DNA of 61,464 nucleotides, the filler included, from Choristocarpus tenellus KU-1152 (Eukaryota; Protista; Phaeophyceae): NCBI GenBank assembly GCA_964200185.2. It is 7 parts of 7 records of this genome, joined end to end, with 100 filler letters (N's around TTAATTAATTAA, not from the genome) between each part and the next. Parts side by side here need not be neighbours in the genome. Positions count along the whole stretch, not along the records: positions 12,070 to 33,307 come from CAXNAD020000356.1; 6 more parts are not named here. One strand, 5' to 3'. The notes under the pieces were generated by a model. That model was not told the DNA's origin. It saw only the letters and a program-made list of their open reading frames with translations, and ran no database searches. Below, piece after piece: positions 12,816-26,971 of this stretch (position 1 is the stretch's first letter; each line of letters begins with the position of its first letter). The position numbers and the translations under genes are program-made.

Positions 12816-15573
12816 CACACACTCACTCAATTCTCACAACTCTTGCATCTCGGTCGTATGTGCATATATCATGAGTGACCTAACCAGTCTTGCCGTGGTC
12901 ACTACTTCGAAGTATTGAAAAGACGCACTAAGCTACATCATTTACTCTAATGCTTGTTCCTAATTGTAAAATGCTCCGTGCGTACTTGCTTCTTGCAAGT
13001 TGGGTTAAGGCATACTACTGATCATCGCTCTGCCTCATCCTTTGAATCGGCTCAATCCAAGGGTTATGGACTTTGAATTATACTTCATTTTATTAAAGGA
13101 GTCTTTAGCGTGATCACGGGTGTGAGAAGAGAAGTGAAGACGACACTTGGTACCATTAACGCATCACAGATCTATAGGAAATGACATCTACTGCTGTGTA
13201 TTTTGTTAGTAAGTTCTGCTACATATCATTTTCCACAGAAGAGGTAGGCAGACAGAAGTGTGGATGGGAAGTACATGGTGCGTACCTGAGGTTTCCTGGT
13301 AACAAGGCCACTTCATGGATTTTTTTTTTTAAATGGTAAAACAAAAAGCAAGACAAAACTGTTCCTTTTCCAAAAGATCTCGGGTCAATCTTCGGGTAGT
13401 AAACCTGAGTCAAACCATACCAAATAATCTCATGTGCTTCCCTTTGCTTTCGATATAGCACAGGAGTTTTCGGTGATGGTATGGCGTACCCTGAGGAGTG
13501 TGAGCATACACATGAGATGAGAGCTGGTAGGCGTAATGAGAACACATCAAGCATTAGATGGTGAACAGATATGTAAATTAATATGGAGGAGAGCCACACT
13601 ACCAATGTTCAGCTAGAACTGGTTAGAACGAGTCAATAAGCGAGGTGGCGTTCTTTTTGTGGATAATCTTATTCAAGGAGTTATTTGCATGAGTGTGCAT
13701 GTGAGGAAAAGAACTGGTATTGGTAACATATACACATAACAAAAGACCGATAGACAGTCAGGGGGTGAACATCCTACACTTGGAGTCACAAAGGGATATA
13801 TGTGAGCAGGGGGTGGAACACAACACAATACATTTTGGCAATCATGATAAGAGTTGCTTTATGGAATGATGAGATTAATGTGATCACAACGGCTCAGAAA
13901 TTTTTGGTTCTGTTCGGAAACGTGTTGAGTTGCACAAGTGGAACCTATTTTAATTGCTGATGTATTCCATCTAATTCATTCAGTAGGTAAGTGTAGGGAT
14001 ACTTTCTGTCCGTGTTGGTATAGATTGACTTTAAAAGTTCTATGGATTTTTGGATTAAGCCCCAGGAATAATCTGTGATCTATATTGCTTTTAGTGTCCT
14101 GAAAACTACTATAGTTTGTATTTAGAGAACATTACATAATGCAAATGCTTCATACGCAAATCGAGACCATACAGGAGGGGAGGACCTCTGATCCTTGAGG
14201 GGTTCTTCTGAGCACGCTTGTTGTTGATGTGCTTTTGAACAAATTAATAGTGGACCCCTTTCTTCTCCACACCTGCACTACACCCCCTGAATTCTTCCAC
14301 AAGAAGAACAAGTGAGCAACATAGCACGTTTCATTAATGGTTGGAATCCACTAGGCAGAACTTCATTACACTTCTAAACAAAGTATTGTATTGTCTCTGT
14401 TCCTACCAAAGTGTCAACTTGTGGAGTACAAAACATCTACTTGTAGTATATACATTTCACAGATTCTTATGTAGACCAAATGCCAGAATATTGATACTGC
14501 GTCTTGTATCAACATAGTTTGACATGGTTGAGATGAAAACTCCTCAACACACTCAAAATATCTTGAGAAGCATCTAGTTTGAGACTGTTTCCATTAGGTA
14601 TGGCCCCTGTTGAAATGTAGTAGTTCCAAAGACTGAGGGCATTCTGAATGATATTTCAGCATTAACTTAGCTACAGAACCAGCTCTATCCATACTGTCTT
14701 TATCTCACAAACTCTGAATACTTTGGTCAACTCTCCTTGACTTTCGGCAAAAATACCCTACACACCAGGTCAATGTTTTTGCTGACAATATCTACACAAA
14801 TATACTAATCCTATGGAATAGTATCCATTAAGTATAGGAAATACATGTTTAGGGGTGGGTGAGGTAGGTAAGTTGTCATTGCGGAATTCTAGTGCAGTAC
14901 ATTACATCATTCATGAACGACTGTTCAGCTGTAGAAGTCCATATTATTCCATGATGGTTGGCTTCACCTGGTAATCCCGCTCTGCTGCCTTATCTTGATG
15001 CTGCATGTACCTAATGAATGTAACACGTATTTGAGGCAACTATTACCCCCGCCCCAATCCATAATGTTTATCTGCTCCTTTTTGCGTATGGTTTAGTCCA
15101 ACTGATGTCTGACAATGCTCTACTACACAATATGTGGATACATTCCCACATGTATTACAATGTCACAAAGATTTACCCCCCTCACATCAGTCTTTTAGAG
15201 TAGTTGCTGCATTGGTTGTACATTATTGTCTTTGTCTGCAGACCTCAATTGCGTCTAGTACTGTTAAAGAGACAAAGTGCAAGTGCAAGAAGAAGCAGCA
15301 ATGGTGTGTTTAACCATCCCAAACAGAATGAACAAGTGTTGAGTGGGTTTGTTGCCATCCAAATTCACTCCTTTGTATCACTGGACCTCATATTGTATGT
15401 GCAAAAATACACTTTTCTTGTTAATCAGTTTGTTCGAACCTAGTCATCTGGCTCTGAATGCCAATTTTTTCATAGATGCAGTGGCCAAATAATATATTTT
15501 TTGAATTGTTTTCTTCTCTGAGATAACTCCTACTCTTTCCCCCTCAAGCTGTGGCCAAATAGTGACATCCAAA

Positions 15574-17916
15574 TTAGTGGTGTCCTGCGGCAGCATGGTG
15601 TGCCTTGTAATAGTCCATGGCCTTTTTCTCTTCTTCCTTCCTGTAATCATGTAAGATGAAAGTAAAAGAGCTCAGTTAATATTGTGAAGCGGCGTCTGTG
15701 CTGACATTTAGCATGTGTACACGCAGTACTGCACTTCACCTTGGGTGTCAATGGCATAAATAGAGTAGAGATATTCATAAGAACAAATTTACATTATATT
15801 TTTTCAGTTCTTTGATGAGGTTGCCTCAGAAACCATTAATATAACACAAAGTTCTGACTAAACACTCCACAAACACTGAGAGAAGTTAGGCGTTTACCTC
15901 TTTTGCACATATCACCTATACAATGCCATTTCATAAACTTTAACTCTTCCCTGGTCAAACCTCATCAAATGGTTAAAACAATTACAACTAGTTCATAGTA
16001 CCTCACTGGACATGATGGTTATGGTGACCACACAGAGGCCTCGTGCCAGGCAAAACACAAAATGAAAATATATGACTGCTCAGGTATTTTCCAGTGCTGT
16101 GTGAGAGATTCCTCACAATAAAAAATGTGCATTGATACGGGGACCCTAAATGGCTGAAATTGAGATAAGAGACTACTTGTCATCTGCTATGTGCTGGCTC
16201 CTCTTAAAAAAAGAAAATTAACACGATTGAGAGTTTCTCCATAGTATAACCCTAACCCTTTCAATAAAACCCGACAGTCTTCTAGTGTAGAGCATTCTTA
16301 TCACAAGGGCAAAAAAGTAACGGAAAGGGTTCCTCCTGGTGGCTAAGATTTGATATGAAAGATTGGTCGCATAAAGTTCAGAAAATATTGGGGTTTTCAT
16401 GGAAAGTATATATTACACATGTGCAGGTCATAGGAATACTCTCTGCCACCCTCTTGATGGAGAAAAAGTCTCCAATAACATTGAATCCCATCTGGTCACA
16501 AAGGTGTAAAAAAAAAGGTGGTCACAAGTACAAACACACACACACAGCTGGACATGTCTCAGGCCCTTTACAACAGCTGCAATATGTGCCATATATTATA
16601 GAGTTCCTTTACCCAGGGTTAGAGCTGAGCTCAGAACAGTGACCTCCAACCCAAGTTTTCTGGTATGTTGTTCTGATACCATAGGTCTTATTGGTTGTCT
16701 TTGTACTGTCAAACCTAAAACATCATCTGGAGGTTCGCATCAGAGCTTTTGTGTGGACATGATGTAAGGACCCTGGGCAGAACCCACATCCCTGAGCTAG
16801 CATTGTGACCTCAGACCCGCCCCAGACCTACTTCAAGAGAAAATGCTGCCCAAATCTCAGAAAAACACGGTTATAAAGCATCAATGTAAAATCAAAACGG
16901 CTGAAGACTAATGTGGGGAAAATAAATACAATGGAACGTAAAAAACAGTGGAGGCACAGCACAGCTTGCCACGACCTCAGCCAAATATTTGGAAACCATG
17001 AGTAAATACTTTAAAACTGTATTAATATTTCGTATATTAGAAAGCAATAGGTTTACCATCAATGTGGGCGTAATTAATCTACACGAATGGGTGCGGGCAT
17101 CTGTGTGGACGTCGCCGTCTAGGAGATCCATAGCACCCAAGTCGAGTACAAAACACAGGGTATAATGGAACTAAGTTACGGTACATCTTTCCTCCGTATC
17201 ATATGCTGCCTAAATATACCATTAATCAAACCTTGCTATTTCATCTGGCACATCCACTCCAACAGCCTCAAAATACTTGACCTGTTACCAAGAAAACACC
17301 GCACCCACCACAAGTAGCGAGGAGACTTTGTCTAGCAGAATGTCACGGCATACAATAGTTGCATATCAATCTCACCTCTGCTTGATCTTGTACTGTCCCG
17401 CCACAGTCCACTTCAGTGCGTACGTAGTCACAGCGAGGAATCCCATGTAGTGATACACAGGAGTAAAACTGTACAGGGAAGACGAGCACATTATGATGTC
17501 ACCTTGGATGACAAGACAGGAATAACAGTACCTCGAGGAAGTACTTACTAATTAAAGTACCACGAATCCACAATTTAAAGTCGTGTCATGTGGACTTCTG
17601 CCCCCCCAAAAGGTCACCATGCAGTGAACGGGAGTGCCTTTCACCTACTCAAGAGAGAGGGGGCTTTGCCAACGGAATGTATGAATCAGATATTGAAAAC
17701 ATGGTCGGAAAAATACGATAGAAAGTATATTCTACAGGGTCTCCAGGTATTCACGGTGTTCACCCCTATCATCAGGGAGGAAACTTGCACAACACAGTCA
17801 CAAAGAGGATGGTTCAAAATTTGTTTCCCTTAAATATCGCTAATATCCTCTCACCTTCCATTAAGGACGTATTTGGCGCTATACCTCTTGACAAATTCGC
17901 TCAACATTCCACTCAT
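15574..17916 (-). CDS. ATP17: Mitochondrial F1Fo ATP synthase subunit f-like protein (73 aa, 3 exons)
   Basis: Exons 17916-17855, 17468-17376, 15640-15574 (GT-AG, phase 2) give MSGMLSEFVKRYSAKYVLNGSFTPVYHYMGFLAVTTYALKWTVAGQYKIKQRKEEEKKAMDYYKAHHAAAGHH*. The RYxxKY...S..P.xH motif, one TM helix and His-rich tail match fungal/plant subunit f by eye. The gene is absent from the ORF track. Confidence 0.7.
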
Positions 17917-18119
17917 TGTTGAAGACTTCAGTTTTACCTTCTTATTGCCTGTGTATAGTTTGGCGTGGTCCCACAAATTTACCATATATCGTTAACCTTC
18001 GGAGGCGTTGCAACTTCTCCTTCTCCCCACTCCGACCCCTAACGTTTAGCAGTAAGTGACACTCTGTCTCATTCACCACCTTTGGCACAGACCTTCTATC
18101 ACTAAGCTTTCAGAGTGGA

Positions 18120-21100
18120 ATGGCGAGCTATAGAATCAAGACCATAAATTTCTTTGGAAGGACAGTCCCTATCTTGTGCCAAAACCAGAATGGACCGTGT
18201 CCTTTGTTGGCAATTTGCAATGTGCTCCTCCTGCAAGGCAACATTAGCATCCATCAAGTGAGATTTTATCGCAACTCTAGTTTTGAAGGAGAGTAATACA
18301 ATATCTGTGTACACACGTTTTCTTTCTGATACTGATGGGATGGCAGTTAATCCGTGTTTTTGATGATACTCTTCAGGACTATTCCGAGATCACCTTCAAT
18401 GAGCTGACGCAATTGGTGGCAGAACACCTGCTCGATACCAACCCACCGCACCCGGATCCAAGCATCAATGCAAACCAACAGAATCAGGTGAGTGTAGTGT
18501 CCATTTCATGTAAAATGGATGTGCACTCGCGCCGTCTGTTAGTGCGTAATTGTAATTTCTCCGTTGTGCTTTGGATTCCTATTTGAATGTTCCAAGCAGG
18601 AAGGCATGCAGATGTCGCTTATAAATTTGGATCCCCTACACTTCAGGGAGATCAGTTGTGCAATGCCACAAGTCTGACTCCAAAGAGGATGCGACATTCT
18701 CTTTACACAAACGTACGCAATAGTGTGTATATTTCAGTCTCTACAACGAGTCTGTAATTCTAGTGGTCGGATTTTCCAATGATTGCTGATGGGTCGCAAT
18801 ATGCTCTTTGTAGCTTGCCTCATTATCGGATGGACGCAATCGTGGGCCTAAGGTTATCGTAGGGTGAACCTTTTACATGAAATGTCTCTTTCCTTGTTCA
18901 TCAATTATTCAATGCAAAGCAATCCATTGAACCACCCCATTACGTGTTTGTATGATCCATTTTGCAGCTGGATGCAGTTATAAATCTGTTGCCTCGGTTG
19001 CAATATGGTCTCGACGTCAATGTACGCTTTAATAGCACCACCGATTTTGAATTCACCGAGGAAATGGCAGCATTTGACATGACGGGGATCACACTCTTGC
19101 ATGGCTGGCTGCTGGATCCACAAGATCGTCAAACGGTATGGATTTCATACCCATCGACATGATTCGTTCCAGTTCATTTCATAATGTAATTTCCTAGATT
19201 GAGATCCAGCAGGTTGAAAATTATGGAGAAAGATCCTTACATATCACCAGACTCGGTGCCCCATGTTTGTTGTAGTAGTTGTAGCTCCATCATGCTTACC
19301 ACAATTGGGTCGCTCATACAAACAGAAACTGCCACTCTATACCTCAATATGCCCTGTTCGGTTAGGCAGCAGTCGTTCAGGGCATTTCATACAATAAGCT
19401 GGTTGAAATGCTAATGGATCACCGTTCTGCTGCATCCAAAATGGATGAGGAGTGTGCAGTAGAGGGGGATACTGGTGCACCTTCCAAGGAAGAGGAACCG
19501 GTGAGCTAACATTTTAAAGCATGCTCAAATGTCGAGCACATGCTTACAGGGGTCCTTGGTACGTATAGAATTAAGACTAGTGGCGTTATGGTGCACTATT
19601 ATATCAATGCCATTTTGATTGAAAACCAAATGATGTTTCCTGTTTTGGTGGGCTGTCATATGTTAACATGTCATAGGTATACTCCAAGGGTGAGTGTGAG
19701 ACCAGGACTGATTTCAATTCTTCATCAGGAGAAACAGGGGTGGAAGTGGGGAACTTGGTTCAGGAAGCTGTTTCAGAATCTATGTTATGTTCTGCTGCAA
19801 ACTTTGCTGATCAAGGGTCATCCCCTTTACCAGAAACCCTAGGAGGTCAGACAACAGCGGAAGATGGCAATGAAGGCTGTAGCTCTTCTGATGCTGAAAT
19901 ATTACCTTTGGTGGGGAACCAAAGCAAGGTCAATGCAGTGGAGATTAGAGCAGAGGGCAATGGTGTGGAATGCTGTGCAGATACGGTTGCTGCTCAGGTG
20001 AAATTGTTCTTATGTTGCTATCGCTGCGAAGCAAAGTCACTTTAAACCTGCTACCTGTTTAATTTTTCCCGGGTTTTTGTTTACCAGATTGCAGTTCCAG
20101 TTAGAAAGTATGCAACGTAAGAAAGAGGGGTCAACTGCATGAGGGTTGATGAGATCCACAGTGATTTATAGTTCAAAAGCTGGGTGGATGATGTTCTGAA
20201 TTTGCAGTGTATTTTGTTGAGAGAAAAGACCACAAGGGTTGGTTATCACGGTCCCTAGTCATTTTCCTGATGAATGCCACAGAAACTATGGACAAGTACT
20301 AGGCATTGGTTTGCACTTCTGGGGGACTTGCTGGATTGTTTGCTCGTAACAGTTTACTTCCCTTACAGACTCATCAGGAGAAACAGAAAGTAGTTATCTC
20401 AAACAAAAATTTGGACAATACCCCTTCCATCCTATATGAAGAAATTGGAATGTACCTAAATCTACTTTCCATTTCAAAAAAACATTTTGGCATTTTGCCA
20501 CTTTTGAAAGTTGACCATTTCTGTTGTTGTTGCAGCACTTGGAAATCAGAATGGAATTTTTCCATTGTTTTCATTGGGTAGTCACCTCAAGTAAATTGGA
20601 GGTTGAAAGGAAAGGTTTGCAGCCCAGTCAATGGACACGGTGACCATGAATTGTGTTGGTTAATGGAGTTGAGCATCTAAGTAAACAGTTGGACAAAGTT
20701 ACTATTTATAGCCTGTTTTTTTTGTCTTTTTGATACCCATTTCACAAAAAAGAGGTGTAGGCGTGGCCGATACTCTTATGTGTGCAAGCACAATGGTTCT
20801 TAGAAGTTGTATTAGTATATCAGAAAGGTTGTTGTGTATATACTTACAGTTACAATCTTGACTTGAACTGTATTTAGGCGAGCTTTTTGTAAACAACCAG
20901 AAGCTAATCAAACTGTCTTGACTTTGGTGAGGTTGGACCATTTTTACAATGATATTAAGAACCTTCCGCTGCCATGTTTGTATCCTTCAGACTGAGACAG
21001 CTCCCACCACAACTTCATTGGAAGGGCGAGGAAGTGCTAGCACACAAAAAAATGGCTGTTTGACTGACATTGGAAGCATGGATGGGCTGATAGTGGAGAC

Positions 21101-22797
21101 ATTCTATCGAGAAACAGCAAGCCAACTCACATACTATGGTCTCTTGCAACTTCATCAGACGGTATGTAATGGAGACTATCTTTGAGCGGTGTTGGCCTCC
21201 GTTTGCCTATTAGCAATGAGGTGTTCTGTGAGCCACTTTGACTCTTACAGACTGTCTCTGGCACAGTGAAAGTTCAATTCAACCAACACAGGGCCTTAGA
21301 ACCAGAGCATGTTTTGAGTGCACTTCTAATCCATTGAACATACATCTTTCACGTTTGGGTCTAGTGTTGATTCATTATTGTCGTATTTGAAGTAAAACAC
21401 CATTGAAAACTCTTTTTGGTGGAGGTGTGTATTGCCTTTGAGTATTCCCAATCTCTTTGATTCTCTTTGCCCACTATAGGTGCGTGAGCGCCAGCTGTGT
21501 GTCTTCTTCCGCAACAACCACTTTTCTAGCCTTTTCAAATATGAGGGCAAGCTGTATCTTCTTGTTACTGACTTGGGCTATGCCAGAGAGTACAGGTAAA
21601 GTTACAGGGGTACGTACCCTTACATATGTGTATATAATTTGCGATCTTTGTAAATTGTTGAACAACTTCACAGTTGCGTCACAGGTAGAAGTTGTCAATG
21701 AACTCCAGTTTGTAATGATTCTCTGTGGTTTATTTAATCCTCATTTACAAAGATCCCTAAGCCTGTGGGAAGTTAGTGCAGCTCATGACTCAATGGGTTC
21801 TTTGACAGTGAGCCACTGTGCATTCAAGGCTTATTCTTACTTTGACAGTCACCACCTTACTGCCTCTACTTGGCAGTGTTGTTTGGGAGAAGCTTGACCA
21901 GATTGATGGGGACACAGAATATGTGGATAACAGCTTCATGCGCATATCATCTGCTACACTCAGCCCTGCATTGAAGCTCCATCACAACCATGATGAGTAA
22001 GTGAGAATTACAGTACATCCATGACTTTTTGGTCAAGTATGAACTATGAACAGATCTGGTTGTCCTCGCTAACCACAATCCTGCATGTTCCCCAACATGG
22101 ACCACATACCAAAAATGGCAGTCAAGACTACATCCTTGCTTTGACATTACAGCAAGGTGCAACAACACCTTCAGCAGAGAGAATTGATTTTCAAAGTACC
22201 GGAAACACTTCCAGCCCCACCAGCTGCAGTGCTTCCGCCCCAGGGCAAGGAGAAATGGGTTCTGAAGGAACCAATAGGCCGCTTATTGGGGATGATGAAG
22301 CTGTGGCATTTGCATTGCAAAGGGAGGAAGAGGATCTGTTCCGAAGGTCTCAAGCAGCATCTGCTCAAGTGATGTCAAGCAAAGGGACACAGCAAGCATC
22401 ATGGGATGATACATCCTCAGAACCTTGGGGTGTACATTACACAGACACAGAGCTGGCAAACCTTGCAGATATTGAACAGAGAATATATGAAGAGCGAGAT
22501 AAGTGAGTTGTAACTTGATAGTCCAAAGAGCTAGGCTGGACTTTTGGCAGCACTGTGAGAAGAATACCTCCCTTCTGTTATTGAATAGACACCACAACTC
22601 TAACACGATTCTTGTCATTGTATCAAGAAGTGTATTCTTCTGACTGTACAGTATTTTTGTTGCATTTCTTCTTTCTTAATTTTTCCCTTGCATTATGCGA
22701 TCATATATTCTCTTACAGGCGAAGACAAGCGGAGGCTGACCGGGTCAGACAACGTGGGTCGCCCAGCAGCAGTGGCATGTCTTGCCTTATTCAATAA
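18120..22797 (+). CDS. MINDY1: MINDY-1/2 family (FAM63) K48 deubiquitinase, ~579 aa, 10 exons
   Basis: Exons 18120-18257, 18377-18487, 18968-19135, 19366-19500, 19677-19997, 20991-21161, 21480-21595, 21877-21996, 22122-22502, 22719-22797 total 1740 nt in frame. Motifs QNQNGPCPLLAICNVLLL (catalytic Cys), GLDVNVRF, LLHGWLLDPQD, QLTYYGL, FFRNNHFS (His), VVWEKL; MIU-like DYILALTLQ and DEAVAFALQREE; C-terminal CaaX CLIQ. Confidence 0.93.
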
Positions 22798-23289
22798 ATA
22801 GTTCATTTGTATCAATCACTCTACCCTGTTTTAATTAAAAGTACATGTGTATTATAGGTGGGTGAGAGGCCACATATGGGTGGGGTTGAATCTGTGCATA
22901 AATCGCAACTGAAAGTCAGTCAGTCGTTTTGACATTCTTGAGTTTGTTTTCAAGCCTTATCCCTCTTGAGACATTTCATTCATATATGTGGGGTTGAACT
23001 TGAAAAAACTGTTTTCCTTGTTGATTTATGTTGGAGTGTCCATTCCCAAAGTATAATCTATGTATCCATCATTTGCTCTTTCTTCTGCAGTCAAACGCGT
23101 CAAAGATCTCGTTGTCATTAATCAAAACCTGCAACAAACAAAAGCTGGAGAAAGGGCCTAAGGCCATGAAAGGAATTTGTGCATCACAAAATGATGTGTA
23201 ATAACTCAATCAAAGGATGGGTTGCATGCAACCAGTGTAAGCTTTGATTCCTTCTCTACCATCAAGCACAATTCTCTTCCAGCAGGCGA

Positions 23290-26200
23290 CTACACATCTG
23301 GTGCTTCCTTGATGAGCTCCACCAGCTTGTCATCCACATCATCATGAAAGTAGCTCAGCTGGGTGAAGGGGTTGCAGAAGTTCTTTGAATTACAGACTGG
23401 TTGAAAATTATATAAACTACACATTGAGTTGATCTTAATACACAAAAATGCTTCAAAAAGTATGACTCCACTGTTGCAGCTATCTCTCAGACAATGACCT
23501 TGACCTCATTTTTTGGAGCAATTTACAGAAATCAAAGGTGATCAGACACAGGACCATTTCTAGAAGACAGCATATACAACTAAAGTTTTGCAATGGGTGG
23601 AGTCAGGGTGCGTATGATTGATCAGATTGAGGATAGATGTCCTGCAAATAAGGGAATTATTTTAAGATGCACTCTTGTCTTGCTTGGCGAGCTCTTGTGA
23701 ACGTTAAGCATCGTTTGAGAAGGTGATCCTGGTGAAACTGAATATGCAAATCCAATCTAAAACGATTTTGAGGGTCGCTTTGTTTTGAGATATTTAAAAT
23801 AATTGTGGAGATAAAGTTTGGAAAGCATCACAGTCAACAAAGAAAATATTTCTTCCTAGTTCTCAGACATATATAACTGTGCATTGATAGGTTAGAATAC
23901 AAAAACAATTAATTTACCCCATTAGATATTTCTTTAAATATGATGAAAAGTGTCGCCGAACTAGAAACGTTGCAATGGGATTTTGGATCTTGGTGAAAAG
24001 GACACCACATAAAAAACTTGACTTAGAACAGCAATGAGTAATGTTAGTGTGTACACTGGGATGTGCAACTTGAGGTATACATATTTTTTTTATTGAAGAC
24101 TATCCCCTGGTTATCACAGAGTCCAATTCCATACTTGAGTAGGAGGTGACAGAGGATTAGAGTGCAAGGAAATCGCCACATGCCATTTGGAAAACAAGAG
24201 TAATGCACATTGGTATGTCACTACAAGCAATAAATATTTGAAGACACAATCTCGTGAAAACACAACCTATCGATCCTATCTCCAACTTTTTGAAAGGCCA
24301 GTTTTAAGTATTGATTGGGGAAGCCAAAACAAATATCCTTGAAAAGAAACTCCCCTGAAGGAAAAACAGGTGGCGGTCGGGTTGAAGTAAGGGTTGTAAC
24401 TTTTGGTCACAAAAGGGATCATTGCACGAAAATAGGGATTGTGTCTGTATCTCTCAAAATTAGGCGTTTAATCTGAACCCTGTAACTCAATTTGACAGGG
24501 AAACGGGTGGCTTGTAATGAGTCAAATGCTGTGTAACGTTTCAGATATATTTTGTCGTTACTTGAAACATTTCGTGCTCCAGTTCTGCCAACCAAAAAAA
24601 TAAATAAATGGTTGAATGACTTAGCGCATCCTTTGACACGAAATCCATGTCCCTGCCTGAAGTGTGAGTGCACCTCTCTCAAGTATACACAAGTGGCGAG
24701 AAGGGTTCAACTCTAGACCAACTGTAGTGCTGTTCAAAACATCTGCTACAAAACAGGCACAACTTGATGCATGAGAGAGACTGAAATGCACAAATTTATG
24801 AGTGGAGCAGATCTAAATATATCAACAAATTTTCGGTGAATACACTGAGTGATCCAGAGTATGAAACCAGAGCAAGGGTCCAAAGAACTATCGCAGTTGA
24901 GAGATAAGGCTTACCTGTGCTACTGTGAAGTAGTTGACTGGAAAGACAGCGGCATCAATCATTCCTTCGGTGTTTTCTAGTTTCATGCCCTTGTCAAGCA
25001 TATACTTGACAACATACTTGAGGAGCTGCTCCACCTCCACTACCTTTCCAGCTCGTTTGCCGTAGTCTTCAATTTGCTCCTTGCCCACCTGTATCAGGAT
25101 ACCCAGGGAAAAAAATTCATGGAGAATAAACTTCGACTGATCTGGTCCATCTACTTGCCTGCTCGACATTCCAAGACAAATGTATCTTCTATTCACATTG
25201 AGAGATGATACACCGTCTTTGAGGTAGTGAACAAATGATGCACAATGAAACCTACACCAGTCTAATGAAAGCACACTGTGCTCAACCTGGGTTGGTGCTG
25301 AGTGTGACCTCAGGTAATGCCAAAAATGAAATATGTTCATGCCTTGCCAGCTGAGGTAGAGGATCTGGCTTTGCATGATCCTATTGAAATACAGTTAGGT
25401 GGTGCCTGCCAACATGAAGTTAGGTCCCAACTGCCAGGTAGCTAGGTGATTTGCCCTATCAATGTTTGAGAAGCCAAGACCCAATACCAATGCTAAAATG
25501 AATGAAGAACCTTCTGCTTACCACAATCCTGTGGTGTGTCACTGCCTTGAAGTTTGTAACTTCAAGCACCGATATGTAGCCCCCAGGAGTCTCCTGCACA
25601 AACTGGACATCAATCGATCTGTTCTTTCTGATAGACGAAACGAAGGGCTCTTAATGAGATGGACCATAAAAATAGTAAGAACCAACCTTACTAGCTCATA
25701 GAAGGAAACTTTTCATTTTTCCCACCTTGGAAGCACCTTAGATGATGTAGAAGCACAGTAAATTTCAATGTGCTAGCTCGAAATTCAGCCACAAGTACTC
25801 CCACCTGTTTTGATTGCATCTAAAAAATACAGCCAAAATGACAAAAAAAAATGGTAGAAAGTAGACTTTCAGAAGCTGGTATTACCACAAAAAGATGTGC
25901 ATACCTCTTCTTCGGTTCAGGATTGTTTTGAGCTGGTTGCTCCGACATGGAGAGCCATAGGGGGATCCTAGAAGAACCTTTTCGCGAAATAGCTTTCAAC
26001 ATACTTCCGACCTGAGTATGGAGGGCCAAATAATTCAGAGACTCTTCTATGTGGACATTTAAACAGGCAAGTGGAGCTCCACGCATGGTATAATGTTTCA
26101 TCATGACAATAGTACAACTCTAATCCATGAATGGTCACAAGTGCACCTCCTCCTTTCAAGTTGTAGGCATACAATTCCGTCAAGAACTAGCTTCATGATA

Positions 26201-26457
26201 TAGCTTGTTTCCAACTCCTTGCATTGTCGCTCAAGTATTTCGAGGGGAACAGGCATCGCTCCACAAAGCGGATTCATATCATTCCATCTCCGAGGTTGAA
26301 GTGCTCAAACTATATCCTTTATAGGAGATTGCACATCCAGTAATCAGAGCATTTTGAAGAGTTGTGGATGTATACACGCATCTCTCACCTGGAACGCGTT
26401 CACTTGTGAGAGAACTGTGGTAGCCACAATCGCGACCAATGTGAACAAGGTCTTCAT
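23290..26457 (-). CDS. Uncharacterised protein with bipartite plastid-targeting presequence (174 aa, 5 exons)
   Basis: Exons 26457-26389, 26011-25905, 25627-25522, 25088-24915, 23358-23290 (all GT-AG, 525 nt in frame). N-terminus MKTLFTLVAIVATTVLSQVNA-FQ is followed by an S/R/K-rich transit-like segment. Confidence 0.75.
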
Positions 26458-26971
26458 GATCGTCTTTGCCGATGAGCGTCACTCTCGTCAAAGAAGACCC
26501 CTTGAATCCGTACAACCGACTTCCCAGCTGATTCCTTTTCTTCCCTCTATTAAACTGTACCTAGTGCTTCTCCTGCCTTGCTTACCTCGCCCTCATTAGC
26601 ATGAGCGGTCGTGATAACAAAGCTGAAACTCGACAATTTCTAGTTGTAAACTGGATTTCATCGTATCATGGACATCGTAAAAAGCCATTGGTGATGTCAT
26701 TATACGTACGAATATTGGAAAAGGCGTCGGTTCATGTCTTCAACTCCAATACAAACAAATCAAAACTGACTGTTTTGTTGTTCTTGGATCAGTGTCCACC
26801 ACAGACACAGCATTTGGGGAGGTATTGTCGAGCCTGACCACTTGGAAACGACCGATCCTACAATAATAGCTTCTTGTATTCAAACGGAATTGTTAGGTGG
26901 AGTGAGGAAGGGAGAAGGGGAGGTACAGCTTGATTGTGCAGTACCATACTATTTGCATCAACATTCATGTG

